Below, piece by piece: positions 1 to 13,367 of a DNA stretch of 64,000 nucleotides. The translations under genes and the position numbers were made by a program. This DNA comes from Octopus vulgaris (Eukaryota). The notes below the pieces were generated by a model. It was not told the DNA's origin and made no database searches. It saw nothing but the letters and a program-made list of their open reading frames with translations. Every line of letters begins with the position of its first letter. The stretch's first letter is position 1. Location of the stretch: positions 224,440,001 through 224,504,000 of the forward strand of contig OX597814.1 in assembly GCA_951406725.2 (NCBI GenBank), read 5' to 3'.

Positions 1-2421
1 ACATATATATATATATATATGAGAAGGAAATTATTTATACACTGATACGAGGGATTCTCCAAAGTTAGGTCAAATGAAATGAAATACTTTTGTAATAGAA
101 AAACTGGGAGTGAGAAAATAATTAATTTTTGTATCTACAATTTTTTAAGCTTTACGGAAATGGCAAGTGTTGTTGACAATTTTTAGAACTATAAGTTAAT
201 TGTTGCAGGAAACTATATTTCAAAATGTCGGCTCCTTCTATTGTTACCAAAAATGTCTCAAATTTATAAGAGAAAGGAAATAATATTTTATATCATTCAT
301 ATTTTTAATGAGAACAGTGCTGACGCAATAGGAGTGAATTTACGATTTTTTTGGAATGAAAACTATGTTGTGGATTCGACTAATTGAATATACTCGACTG
401 AGTGGCTTCTAAAAGATTCACTACCTCACTCCAGATGGGTGTAATCTGAGTAAGAGAGCCTTGTGAACTTTTGTAAAAAAACCATTTCCCAGAGAGTTGA
501 ATTTGCTGTTTGAATCGCTTGAGGTTTAGGTTTGAGGAAACTCAAAGAGCTGAACACCAGAGAACTGTTGGGAATTCCTGATTTAACTTTATATCTCTTC
601 CCAAAAGAACAAAATAAATAGTGAGCTAAATAGAAACGAAACCTATACTCTCTGTTTAAATTGCTATTATGTAACCAGTTACTCACCACGTAATCTTGAT
701 GATGCAAAAGTTTTATCTTTCTTGGTTACTAGATTGAGAATGTGTATCTATTAATTACTTAAGTATTGGACAAGGTCAGTAATTTCTAGAGAAACATTGA
801 CCCAGTACGTGATTGGTTATTTCATTTTATCGACCCGAAAGGATGAAGCAAAAATAATCAGTGTCAACTTTGAACCCAGAACGTGAAGAACAAAAAGAAA
901 CGCCGCTAAGCATTTTTGTTCGACACACTAACAATTCTGCCAGCTCAGCTTCCTGAGATGTGTATATAATGAGATCGTGTCCATAGATTATTACGTGAAT
1001 GTAACATTGAAGCCTTAGACTTTTAACTGACCAGTAATTTCATTAATCAATATTATCATGGCTTACGACTTTTGATAAGACGAGTGAAGGAAATTCTTCT
1101 TAGAAATAGATTTGTCACAACAATTTCTTGGGCAAGTTCAGAGAAAATTAAAATAAATGAAGAAAATATGTTAAGCTTTATTTATATAATATCTAAAGAT
1201 AACAAAGTACATGTGTTCTATGAATGTTTCATTTATGATGTAATCACTTCGTTTACAAGTCTTATGTATACTTCATGGCCCACAATACGCCTTGCAGAGT
1301 GTTTAAGTAACAATAATAAAAATGTACTGATAATGTTATATTTTTATAGCTGGTGGGGTTATGTGTCTTCTGCACAATATTACTAACTGTAAGAAGGGAT
1401 GGGTCACAACAAATGACATCGTCAGACATAAAAGCGGGATATTTTGCTATCATAATGTAGATATATGTTTAAAATACTGCATTGGATTTTGTGTTTTATG
1501 ATTTTGCTATATTTCTATCACATGGCTTCGCCTAATATCTCCGTAATGCATTTCTAGTCAGATAATAACCGACATTTTGCACGATGCAGGATAAAAGGCA
1601 TAGTTGACTACGATGGGACTTGAACTCATTAAATTTAAATTAAAATAAATTAATAACAAATACTACATGTTCATTGTCTGTTCTGGGGTACCTCAGTATT
1701 TTGTATAATTCACACGGGTTATGTCAACAATACCAGCTATAATGGAATATACTTGAAAAAATGTCTGTGGTCTGTACCTTTCTCTTAAATATTGATGGCA
1801 AAAGTGAGGGCAATCTTTCTCAATTCCAAATTGAAACTGGTTAAGTACTCCGCTCAATTCAAAATCATTTTGAGCTCCGTACTATTTGTCATAATCGAAG
1901 TACAATACTGGTGGTTTCTTGTGGCTATGTATAGACGCCCTTCAATTAATATAGGTCGTTAATTCATTTTTCACGGGTGAAAGAGAAATGAAATGGTCAA
2001 CTTGGAATGATGAAAGCGTGTTGTGCTGTTGACTTTCCATAACTTGGAACACCTTCTTGCTTTATATCACTCGTTATTCTTTATATCTAATATTGCTTGT
2101 GTGTCGTAAAGCACCGTTTTTCAAGATTAGAAACGCATGTTTGATAAGAGAATAATTTCAATGGATGTCTTAATCTTCGAGCGGGTTATAGAGGAAGTGA
2201 ATGGCGCTTTTGACAAAGTAACCAAAGAAGTTTATTTTGCAGTTGAATAATTTATCAAAACAACTTCACGAATGAAATAAGAAACAAAAACAAAAATAGC
2301 GTAAATAACTTTATCCAAACATGTTCCACAATATTATTATTTTTATAAACGCTTAACATAACAAGTGCATGCGTTCTGGTCATGTTTAAAGCAAGATTAT
2401 GGGATTCTTCAGTTGAAGGCG

Positions 2422-2489
<68 letters not shown>

Positions 2490-3628
2490 TTCAGTACTCA
2501 CAAGATAGTGCACTTGTTTTCTTTATTTGTTTTCTGTTTTGATAATTTTTTTCCTCATTTATATCTTACTGTCTTATATGAGAAAGATTCTCTAAAAAGC
2601 TTTCAGAAGCAAGAAATAAACCTTTTACGTCAGCTTCCTTTACAAACATTTCTAATCTCGCTTTTTTTCTCTCTCTCTCTCTCTTTTGACCATTGCAATA
2701 GAGATCATGTAAAGTTGTTTAAGAAAACCATATAATCTCTGGCATCTATGTTGTATGTGTTTGTTAAAAGCTAGAAAAGTTCTTTAATAAACTTATCCAA
2801 AATAGGAAATGACAGAATGACAAGTTAAATATTTCATGCTAATACAACAGGAAAATGTTCGATAACTCTGTTTACAAAAGCTGAAATTTTAACTTAGTAC
2901 TTCCTCTCCGTTTATTAACATTAGTGACTATTGTAATGTATGTGACGAGTCGTTTCTACCTTATATACATCAGACTATTTAGTGCGTTCATCTGAGAGTT
3001 ATATTCTCGAAGGATATTCAGAAATACCTGTAACGAGTTGTAGTGTAATCAATTGATTTGTTCTTTTACCATTAGAAAATAAGCTTTAAATATATAATAC
3101 TAAGGTCGGTGCTAACGTAATGTTGATAGCCAGGGAACTTTAATAAAATTTCATCCATCCTGAGGAGAAAATATCATCAACTTCATCATAAATTCTGGCT
3201 GAAAATGATAGGAAAGAGAATCCAAAATTTCAAATTAATACAAATCAAAATCATATTTTAATACCATATTTTTAGCATCAATTTTAAAACAGTAGCTAGA
3301 AAGGATGATCAAGTTTACTAAGCGGTTTGTTTCGGCTCGTCTTAAAGCTACCTATTCAGTTACATTCCAGTGGCTACTAAAAAACGCACACTACTTTACG
3401 GAAAAGTAAATGTAATCAGGTTAGGTTTACCATTATTTATAGAGCGGTGCCAACGTTGGTTGTTATGAATGGCAATTCCCACCTTATATAGTAATTTTTC
3501 GAAACTTTTGGGCAACATCTCCAAAAAATCCTGGTTTCCCCACTGGTATTTAAGACAGTAGAGTGTGATGTATGAAAAATTTGTTGCCATTTCTAACAAA
3601 CTGAGTTGCCCGCTAGAGGTTCCCGTAG

Positions 3629-4048
3629 CTCTCTTTTACTCTTTACTCTTTTACTTGTTTCAGTCATTTGACCGCGGCCATGCTGGAGCACCGCCTTTTA
3701 ATCGAGCAACTCGACCCCGGGACTTATTCTTTGTAAACCCAGTACTTATTCTATCGGACTCTTTTGCTGAACCGCTAAGTGACGGGGACATAAACACACC
3801 AGCATCGGTTGTCAAGCAATGCTAGGGGGACAAACACAGACACACAAACATACACGTACACACATACATATATATATACATATATATGACGGGCTTCTTT
3901 CAGTTTCCATCTACCAAATCCACTCACAAGGCTTTGGTCGGCCCGAGGCTATAGTAGAAGACACTTGCCCAAGGTGCCACGCAGTGGGACTGAACCCGGA
4001 ACCATGTGGTTGGTAAACAAGCTACTTACCACACAGCCACTCCTGCGC
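3629..4048 (-). mobile_element. tRNA-derived SINE family A, full length (octopus-type)
   Basis: Reverse strand reads GCGCAGGAGTGGCTGTGTGGTAAG (A-box-like), GGTTCAGTCCC (B-box-like), body, internal (TA)/(TG) tract, and tail CCAGCATGGCCGCGGTCAAATGACTGAAACAAGTAAAAGAG. More than 10 homologous copies occur in the window. Confidence 0.9.
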
Positions 4049-5039
4049 TGTTAATTGTACATTGGTAAGTGAATATACTCTTCGAAGTACTGAGTCCAAA
4101 CCCAAACAGGTGCCAGAAGATGATGAGAGAAAACTACTCAATGTAAACCTCCTTTGAAACATTGCATATTTGTCAACCCTGCCATCTTTTTTCTATGTCA
4201 AACTACCACAGTGATTTTAAATGTCACTTGTTCTTTGCCATTTTGTTTTCCAATCTGTCTCATTTTTTTCTGTCACATAATCTCCATTCTTTTTCTTTAC
4301 TCTTTTCTTCCTATATCTCACTGTCTCGTTATTCCCTTGTCTTTCTTTTTTTCTCTTCTACCGTTCGATTCTATATCGCTTTTTATCTGAGTTTCAGTCT
4401 CTTAAATTGCACATCTGACTTTTCCACCACACCTTCCCCCCTCTCAGTAAATATCTGCTTCTCTGTTTAACTGACTCATTCTATTTTCATTCTTTAATTC
4501 TTTACTTTTTTTTTTCTAAGTCTGTAGATCGTCTTTATCCTCCTTTCTTAGCTTCACTCGCCTCCTCTCTCTCTCTCCCTCTTTCTCTCCCTCTCCCCTC
4601 TCTCCCCCTCTCTCTCTTTGTGCTTATCTCTGTTAAGTGTCATGGATGGGCCATAGAAGAAGAGAAAGTGGAAAATAATAACAAAGAAGAAAAAGAAGAA
4701 GAGGAAAGAAGAAGATGATGATGAAGGGGAAGATGATGATGATAATGATGATGATGATGATGGTGGTGATGGTGATGATGATGATGATGATGATGAAATG
4801 GAGAGAAAGAAAACTACAAGGCCGTCTCTACAGTATTGTATCTTAAATACAAATAAAAACGAAAAAAGGCAAAATGGAACCGCCCACCCGCGAGTAAAGA
4901 AAAGAATCCTAAAATGAAATACCAAACCCAACGGATGTCTTTTACTCTCTTCTCTGTGTTCTTTCATTGAAACCAAAATAAAGAAAATAATAAAACACTA
5001 AAGCTATGTTGCAAATGAAATTTAATATTTTGCGGCGAT

Positions 5040-5380
5040 AATGGGAGAGACTGGAGAGATCGAGAGAGAAAGATTGAGAGGAAATAAGAGAGAGGAGAGA
5101 GAGAGAGTGAGTGAGAGAGAGAGAGAGTATGAGAGAGTGAGAGAATGAGTGAGAGAGAGAGAGAGAGTGAGAATGAGAGAGTGAGAATGAGAGAATGAGA
5201 ATGAAAGAATAAAATGAAGGATAAGGGAGAGAGAGAGAAAGTGAGAATGAGAGAGATCGAGCGAGAATGAAAGAGAGTGAGAAAGTGAGAGAGAGTGTGA
5301 GTGAAAAGGAGACAGACCGACAGACAGACAGAGAGAGACAGAGAAAGAAAGAGAAAAAGAGATTCTTGGAGAAGCAAAAC
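5040..5380. repeat. (GA)n-rich polypurine tract with (GACA)n
   Basis: Directly visible. It accounts for the Leu/Ser-rich ORFs 4942-5463 and 4964-5377. Confidence 0.9.
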
Positions 5381-6300
5381 GATGCTGTTACTATGTCTGT
5401 TTTTTTTTTCTCAAAATGTGTAGAAATATATTGGTATAGTTGAAGACCCAGTCTAAAAGACATACATTTTTTTTGTAAAATTCAGTTAACTTGTTTAGTT
5501 TATTATTTAAGTTTATTTTATTTTATGTTTCAAATATATTGCTATTTATTTATTTATTTATTTGCTGATCTGTGAACTGAAATGGAATATTTCTGTATCT
5601 GTAAATATATGCGGCATCGTGTGGTTAACAAACAAATACTTAACTCATTGCATGAAAACCTCAGATTGAATTCAAAATGTATTGGTTGGCTAAAAACGGT
5701 TTGCAGTTCTTTTAGCAAGCTTTCTTAGACATCATCATCATCATCATATTCTGTGAAATTTCTTAAAACAATGGAAGGTCAAAACAGACAGCGTGGGAAG
5801 TGGGGCCTAGTTGAAATGATGATGATGATGGTGTTGGTGGTGTTGGTGGTGGCAGCGATGACGATGATAATGATGGTGGTGGGTGTTGATGAAGACGGTG
5901 TAGTGAAGCTGGTGATGATGAGTTAAAGAAAGATAGAGTAGGGAGTTGGCGGTTCGGCAGATTGAGGGATTTATGCAAACAACAACAACAACAAAAAATA
6001 ATCAATACGGAGAGAAAAATAAAGCGAGTCTTGCTTATCCGTTTCCATATGGACACCAGCTTTTAAAAACCTTCGACTTCTTGAAAATGAACGAATTGAT
6101 GGAAGTCATAATCTCAAGGGTTCTCGACCCGATTTTTCTCATTGGCAATTTCCGGTGAAATTCGCTGACACAATTTTCAGACTTTTTTTCTCTTTCCTTT
6201 TTTCTTTAGTCTAGTCCCACAATCCTTAATTCACAAACCCTTTGTTGTTTGGAGGATTTCGCAAATAAGGGAAACATTTAATACTAAAAAGAAATATTAA

Positions 6301-6520
6301 CCCTTTAGCGTTCAAACCGGCTGTATCAGGCCCAAATATTCTTCCTGTTTTGTGTTAAAACTGACCAAATAAGGCCCCTTACATCTACTCTATGATGTCA
6401 TTTTAAAAATAAACAATCATATCGTTGAAATCTGGAAGATACAAGATAATGTATGATGAATTTAAAGCAATGTGAATAAATATGCGTTACATTTGACAGG
6501 GTAGTCTAAATGCTAGAGTA
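6301..6520. mobile_element. piggyBac-like MITE
   Basis: TTAA at 6297-6300 and 6521-6524. Termini CCCTTTAGCGTT ... AATGCTAGAGTA are an imperfect inverted repeat. TTAA|CCC is the piggyBac signature. Confidence 0.6.
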
Positions 6521-7221
6521 TTAAACCAATTGTTACCGGTCACTTCTGACTGACAATAATTGCAGTATTTGAACTTATCTTCCCGTCAGCTAAAGAAACT
6601 CTTGTTAATTTCAAAATACACAACTCTAAAAATACTGTAAAATGCGAGCCGACGAGAGAGACTCGACGCGGATACAGTCTGTTTGATCGATCAGATCTCA
6701 ATCGATCTCTTTCGCTCGAATCAAAGAAAGAAACTATGCCTTCATTTAAATTTTGCGTTAGATGTAGTTCATTAATGTAAAAATGATCAATATCAGATAC
6801 TCAATGTTTATGTTTTGTTAAACGCTTATAGCTGCGTGATTTCGTTTAAACGAGGTCCCTTTAAAGACGTAAAGTGTTAAAAATCAATGTTTTCGTTGAT
6901 TTTTTTCCAGTTGATGATACTAACTGTTGGTAGCAACTGTTAACTGAAGAATCCTTGACTCTATTCCCAGCGAAAACTCTGCTAATAATAACTAGCAAAT
7001 CTTCGTCTATTGTCTTAAATTAGAAAAAAAGGATATACTGCATTATGTAAATATAGTTGCTGAAATATATAAAAAAAACGCCTTTGATCATAAAACTGCT
7101 AGATCAGACTTAACCTCGATATAGAGAGCATCAACAACAATAATAACGGCATCAGAAACAACAGCTACAGCATTTACAATAACAACATTACAGAGATGGC
7201 TGAACTGTACTTTTTCTATAT

Positions 7222-7380
7222 AATGGGTGCAAACGTGGCTGAGTGATCAAGAAAATTGCTTCCCAACTACGTGATCTTGGGTTCAGTCACATGGCATGGT
7301 ATATATATGGCATATATATATAGGGCGGTGCCCCAGCATGGCTGCAGTCTAATGACTGAAACAAGTAAAGGATAAAAGGA
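7222..7380 (+). mobile_element. SINE A, internally deleted and diverged
   Basis: Head (GTGGCTGAGTGATCAAG..GGGTTCAGTC) joined via a TA tract to the tail (GGCGGTGCCCCAGCATGGCTGCAGTC..GACTGAAACAAGTAAAG). Confidence 0.75.
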
Positions 7381-7471
7381 TATATATATAGTTGAAATTT
7401 ACAGAAAACAAAAGACGAAGACAGGTGTGTAAACAAGGTGAATTAGTTTAACGCTCAGCAAAATGAAAAAG

Positions 7472-7506
7472 TCTTTTACGTTTCGAGCCTACGCTCTTCA
7501 ACAGGA
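7472..7506 (-). ncRNA. minimal type-I hammerhead-like motif in a PLE-pLTR-like fragment (about 7391-7566)
   Basis: Minus strand: CTGTTGA-A-GAGC-GTAG-GCTC-GAAA-CG-T-A. Stem II is perfect, GAAA is present and stem III is the palindrome ACGT, but core position A6 is U. Flanked by (TA)n. Confidence 0.55.
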
Positions 7507-7724
7507 AGGAACACGAGGAAATAAACAGAGAGGGAATTTAAAAAAAACTTGAGGATTTAGCGGTCGTGTGTGCGCGTATGTGTTCGTGTGTGTGCATGTG
7601 TGTTATGTTTGTCTTCACTCACGCTTCACAACCTGTATTAGTATGTTTACATCCTTGCGATTTAGCAGTTCGGTAAAAGAAACAGATAGTATAAGTACCC
7701 GACTTTTAAGAATAAAATATGAAC

Positions 7725-7890
7725 AGGCGCAGGGGTGGCTGTGTGGTAAGAATCTCGTTTCTCAACCACATGGTTCTGGGTTCAGTCCCACTGCATAGTA
7801 CCTTGGACAAGTGTCTTCTACTATAGCCTCAGGCCGACCACAGCCTTGTGAGTGGATTTGGTGGACGGAAACTGAAAGAAGCCCGTCGTG

Positions 7891-7925
<35 letters not shown>

Positions 7926-8130
7926 ATATGTATGTATTTGTGCGTCTGTGTTTGACCCCTACCATCGCTTGACAACCGATGCTGGTTTGTTAACGTCCCC
8001 GTAACCTAGCGGTTCGGCAATAGAGACGATAGAATGAGTACTAGGTTTACAAGAATAAGTTCGACTAAAATCCCCTTCAAGGCGGTGTCCCAGCATGACT
8101 GCAATGCAATGAAACACCTGAAAGACAAAA
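7725..8130 (+). mobile_element. SINE A, near full length (preceded by a 3' fragment at about 7570-7715)
   Basis: Homology to 3629-4048 along its length. Confidence 0.9.
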
Positions 8131-8734
8131 GGCAAATATCTATTCACCCAATGTTTATAGATTTGTGTCTTCATCTCTTTTAGAGAAGAAAAATGATAAA
8201 TATGATGCTTTTATAAAGAAGTATGATTACCGACCGCTATTCTACCGCTCAGATTATCGGGGAGTGACGTATATGCTGTAAGGGAAATTTGTACAAACAT
8301 CCAATTCTATTGTTAATGAAATGGTTGGCTGTATAATTACTTTAACACCAGATTACTCGTAAAAAATATACAAGAGAGGGAAAACACTTGAATTAACTCG
8401 ATGGAGAACAGGTTTTTGCAATCGACTTGATAAATTGTGACATTGGAGTTGTTGAGAATATCATCATAAAATATGACCTTTGTATCAAATGACACACATT
8501 CAGATATAAACATAAATATAAACACAAAAACAAACAATACAATTTGGGCGTTGTTTTGTCATTATCTTATCTCCTTTGACAAGCAAGTCACCAAAGGTAA
8601 CGGAAGAAAGGAATGAAAGAAACCGAAAGAAAGATATGCTTTACTATAATTCTCCGTATGTGTATATGTGGTCTGTGTGTGAATGCGTGTGTATCTCTGT
8701 GTATTTACGAGTTTATATAAATGCCTAAACAGAC

Positions 8735-8785
<51 letters not shown>

Positions 8786-9129
8786 AAGATAGATAGATAG
8801 ATAGATAATTAGATAGATAGATAAGATAGATAGATAGATTACCTATCTATTCAATGTTTGCCTATTCGCCCTCTCTCGCTTTTTCCTCCTCCTCCTCTTC
8901 CTCTTCTTCTCTTCTCTCCATGTATACACTCACATATTAATACGCATGCACATACAAATATACACACAAACACACACACACATGAACACAAGCATGCACA
9001 AACACACACTCTCACAAACACACTCAGGCGCGCAAAAGTACACATATACATACGTACACAAACACACACACGCTCACGAACGCAAGTACGCATACTTACG
9101 CACAAATATTCATATTTGCAAAAGTTCAG

Positions 9130-9285
9130 TATGGCCGCAGGGTTAAGGTGTTCACTACGCAACCACGAGGTCCTGGGTTCAATACCACTACGTAGCATTC
9201 TAGGCTGATGTAATTTTGTATAGACTAAGTTTTTCATTCATTGTGAGTGAAATTTGGTAGACCGGGACTCTTTAGAATCCTGTGA
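9130..9285 (+). mobile_element. SINE A-like head, diverged
   Basis: TGGCCGCAGGGTTAAGG..CAACCACGAGGTCCTGGGTTCAATACC..TGTGAGTGAAATTTGGTAGAC. Confidence 0.65.
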
Positions 9286-9548
9286 AATGGGTTGCAGTTC
9301 AGAAGATACACCCAAGTCACGTGCAGTCTTCGCAAATTCCGTAAGGGCTGAATAAATTTATCTGTGATTGAAAAGTTCAGAGTGGCACCTCGTCAGACAT
9401 TTACCAAATTTTGCTAATATACAGAAAGATATACGTGAAAGCCTTATAGTATTGCTTGCATAGAAAGAAAAGAAGAAAAATAACAATAAGTACAGAAATG
9501 ATATTTATAAGAGACAAAATGGACGGTGATGGAAGTGAAAATAACCTC

Positions 9549-9735
9549 CTTCTTCTTCTTCTTCTTCTTCTTCTTCTTCTTCTTCTTCTTCTTCTTCTTC
9601 TTCTTCTTCTTTTTCTCCAACCATCTCCTCTCCTTCTCTTACTACCCCCTCATCCTCCTCCTCTCCTCCACCACCTCCTCTTCCTCTTCCTCCTCCACCT
9701 CCTCCCCCATCTCTGTCTCCTCCTCTTCCATCTTG
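9549..9735. repeat. (CTT)n and (CCT)n polypyrimidine tract
   Basis: Directly visible. Confidence 0.95.
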
Positions 9736-10280
9736 TACTTGTGTGTGTGCTCGCACGCACGCGTGCGTACACACACACACACACACATACATTCATACGA
9801 TGATATTTGCACGAATGTCACGATTTTCAAATGAAAATGAAATCACTGTAATTTGCAATCTCCATCCGAGTTTCCATTTTCGTAGCTGTGGGTGGCTTAG
9901 TCAGGAAGAAGGAGGAGTACCCACAATTCCCACTGGACATTCTCTTTCTCTCTCACTTTTTTTTTCCAGAGAACATTGACAACAATGCTATTAATTTTCG
10001 GCCTGAACGTCAGTAAGAGCAAGCAATAAGGCAACCACAGGGAATACCAGATGATGCACGCTCTAGGGAGACAAGATTGGGCGAATATTTTAGCCCGAGT
10101 CTAGGGATGTTAGACACAGAAGTGAAGAGGACGACGTGAATTCCTTTTTGCGGTAATTATTCCTGGCTAATACCCTAGAGAAACAAAACCATGAAATTAT
10201 TTTCAATTTAATATTTCACTTTTACCAAAAGAGTTAACATGCTGAGCGTCATCAAAAGGAAACGATTTTTCTAGAATCAT

Positions 10281-10473
10281 AGGCGCATGAGTGGCTGTGT
10301 GGTTGGTAGTTTGCTTACCAACCACATGGTTCCGGGTTCATTCCCACTGTGTTGCACCTTGGGCAAGTGTCTTCTACTATAGCCTCGGCTCGATCAAACC
10401 CTTGTGAGTGGATTTGGTAGACGGAAACTGAAAGAAGCCCATCATATATATGCATGTATATATATATATATGC

Positions 10474-10549
<76 letters not shown>

Positions 10550-10765
10550 TTGTGTGTCTGTGTTTGTTCCCCTAGCATTGCTTGACAACCGATGCTGGTG
10601 TGTTTACGTGCCCGTAACTTAGCGGTTCGGCAAAAGAGACCGATAGAATAAGTACTAGGCTTACAAAGAATAAGTCCCGGGGTCGATTTGCTCGACTACA
10701 GACGGTGCTCCAGCATGGCTACAGTCAAATGACTGAAACAAGTAAAGGGTGAAAGGGTAAGAGAG
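10281..10765 (+). mobile_element. SINE A, full length, expanded internal (TA)n
   Basis: Full homology to family A. Confidence 0.92.
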
Positions 10766-10863
10766 AAATCTTGGATTGGATGACCAATGAATAAATTAAA
10801 GGATTCTTATAAACTGGAGCTATAACATAATTTTAAATTTTTTGTAAAACTTTTACGTCACAT

Positions 10864-11037
10864 AGGCACGGGCATGGTCACGTGGTTAAGAAACTGTCTC
10901 TGCAACCACATGTGTTCCGGTTCAGTCCCACTACGCGGCACCTTAGGCAAGTGTCTTCAACTATAACCTGGCAATGCCTTATAAGAGAATCTGACAGACG
11001 GAACTGAGTGAAAGCCCGTCGCATATATGTGTGTGTG

Positions 11038-11099
<62 letters not shown>

Positions 11100-11277
11100 C
11101 GCGTGCGCGCGTGTTTTCCACTCAGCTTGACAACCACCAAGCGGTTCGGTAAAAGAAACCGATAGAGTAAGTACCAGTCTTAAAGTATAAGTACTGGAAT
11201 CGATTCATTCAACCAAACTATTTAAGTTGGTGCCCCAGCATGGCCGCAGTTCAATGACTAGAAAAAAGTAAAAGAAG
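10864..11277 (+). mobile_element. SINE A, older copy with internal (TG)n
   Basis: Head, body and tail all recognisable. Confidence 0.85.
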
Positions 11278-12224
11278 ATACACAGCAAACGACTGGATTA
11301 CTAAACTTACCCATTTCTGATTCTTTGTCTGGAAAGATAATGGAAATAATTGCTTTCCAAATATGATCTAATAAAATAAAGAATTTTGCTTTCATGTAGC
11401 AAAAAGAAATGAATTCTTTGGCTGTAGTTGAGAACTGAAGACAAAACAGGTTTTACTTTATACAAGCGGATACCTACTTCTTCTTTGTCTTCAATTTCTA
11501 TTCTTTTTTTTTTTACCATTGTAGAGCAAAACTACCATCCAACCAATTCTGGTGTGTCCCTTTAAATATATATTGGTGACGAGCTACAAAGAAATACAGA
11601 GTCCACGAATGTGAGGGGGAGAGAAAGAAGGGGAGTGAGAAAAAGAGAGCGGGTGAAGGAGTAGATATGGGAATAGGACTGAATTTTGTTTATTATTTGC
11701 TGCAAGAGGAATCTTCTTGATATATTTATAGTAACTGTTCCAGCTGACAGATCCTTAGATATATATATAAAGCACCGGAAGATACTTACCACTAACGTTT
11801 TCGAAATTTTGGTTGTTTGGTTTATTTAACGCCAGCCTACAATTAGTATTTCATTTATCTGCAATCAATCAATATTCAGCTCATATTTACATATATACCG
11901 CATGTACACATACATATACACGTACAGGCACTTATCACACACACACACAGATACATATTGTGGGTAGGTACCGACTATTTTGATTGTTTATGTTTTGATG
12001 TAGTAATTAGATCCAGATGTGAATATGTTATGAAACCTCTCATCTGTATACACAATTCCAACGTTTTCTTTCACTTCGACTAAACTTTACAGGTCAACGA
12101 GGGTTACTTATTCTTCTTGTTACTGAATTCAGATTTATATCTTTGAAACAGGAGCCACATAATGTGTGTACAAACAGTCTGGATGTCGAGCGTAAATATC
12201 AATTGCAGTTTTAGTGAGGATAAC

Positions 12225-12412
12225 CTGTGGCTGTGTGGTAAGAAGTTTGCTTCCCAATCAGATGGTTCCGGGTTCAGTCCCACTGCGTGTGTGGCACTTT
12301 GGTCAAGTAGAATAAGTACCAGATTAGCTTCCATTCATTCAACTAAAAGTTCTTCAAAGTGGTGCTCCAGCATGGCCACAGTTTAATGAATGAAACTATT
12401 AAAAGATAAAAG
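12225..12412 (+). mobile_element. SINE A, internally deleted
   Basis: Head TGTGGCTGTGTGGTAAG..GGGTTCAGTCCCACTGCG fused to TAGAATAAGTACC.. and the tail. Confidence 0.8.
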
Positions 12413-12482
12413 AAAACGGATATTCATAATGCAAATTCTTAACACCATTTTGTATTTTAACGATCTAATTGTTCATCATTTC

Positions 12483-12697
12483 TTATTTCTTTATTGCCCA
12501 CAAGGGGCTAAACACAGACAAACGGATTAAGTCGATTACATCGACCCCAGTGCGTAACTGGTACTTAATTTATTGACCCCGAAAGGATGAAAGGCAAAGT
12601 CGACCTCGGTGGAATTTGAACTCAGAACGTAACGGCAGACGAAATTCTGCTAAGCATTTCGCCTGGCGTGCTAACGTTTTTGCCAGCTCGCCGCCTT
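12483..12697 (-). mobile_element. SINE family B monomer (tail 1)
   Basis: Minus: AAGGCGGCGAGCTGGC..GAGTTCAAATTCC..GTCGACTTTGCCTTTCATCCTTTCGGGGTC..TAAGTACCAG..AGCCCCTTGTGGGCAATAAAGAAATA. The central part resembles the Meta-SINE core domain (from recall). Confidence 0.9.
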
Positions 12698-12735
12698 ATT
12701 TCTGTTGAGCAATACTCGACAAAGTGTATTTTCCA

Positions 12736-13279
12736 CCTATAATAATAAAAGCGAAATTCTGTCTGTCCGTCTGGAACCCCTGTATCTCAGTCTGAATTTG
12801 CTAGACATAGACATATCATACCTTTCTGGAATCAAGATGATCCTGGGATTGAAAATATGCCCTTCGTTTGGTTCTTGAACATCAAGTATTCGGTTCTGAT
12901 TTAAAAGCATTTGGGTTGCTATTTCTTGCGGGTAAAGTTTGGCTGATTCACGCCATCTTGATTGGTGTTTGTCAGATGACGTCAAAGATTAAGGGGAGAT
13001 AAATGACATTCGTTTCTGCAATTTTACTCCGAGTTAAGTACTTTGGGACAAATTGGCCGACGGCTGGAATTCAACTTCGGACTGAAACAATAGAATGATT
13101 GCATTACAGAATTAATTCTCATCTGTCCTTAACCTCTATATGCACCACCGGGGCATATAGTCATTATAGACGTATTATTGTCATGCTATTTAGCTCACTT
13201 TAGTTTTGGGCCGCAGGTCCAATTAGTCCTCCGCAGGAGCTAATTTAAAAGTCCGCACGGAGTGCGGCTTTTAAGCTAG
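12736..13279 (+). mobile_element. probable non-autonomous Helitron
   Basis: 3' hairpin CCGCAC-GGA-GTGCGG (13253-13267) followed by CTAG|T (13276-13280). The 5' end A|CCTATAATAATAAAAG..CTGTCTGTCCGTCTG resembles the TC-TATA..microsatellite start of Helitron derivatives. Confidence 0.55.
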
Positions 13280-13321
13280 TTAATCATAAATCTCAAATAA
13301 TAAATACATCATTCTTATATT

Positions 13322-13367
<46 letters not shown>

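Noticed and set aside
47-720. TACGAGGG mariner-like terminus and 93-aa ORF
   Set aside because: No matching second TIR or recognisable transposase motif.
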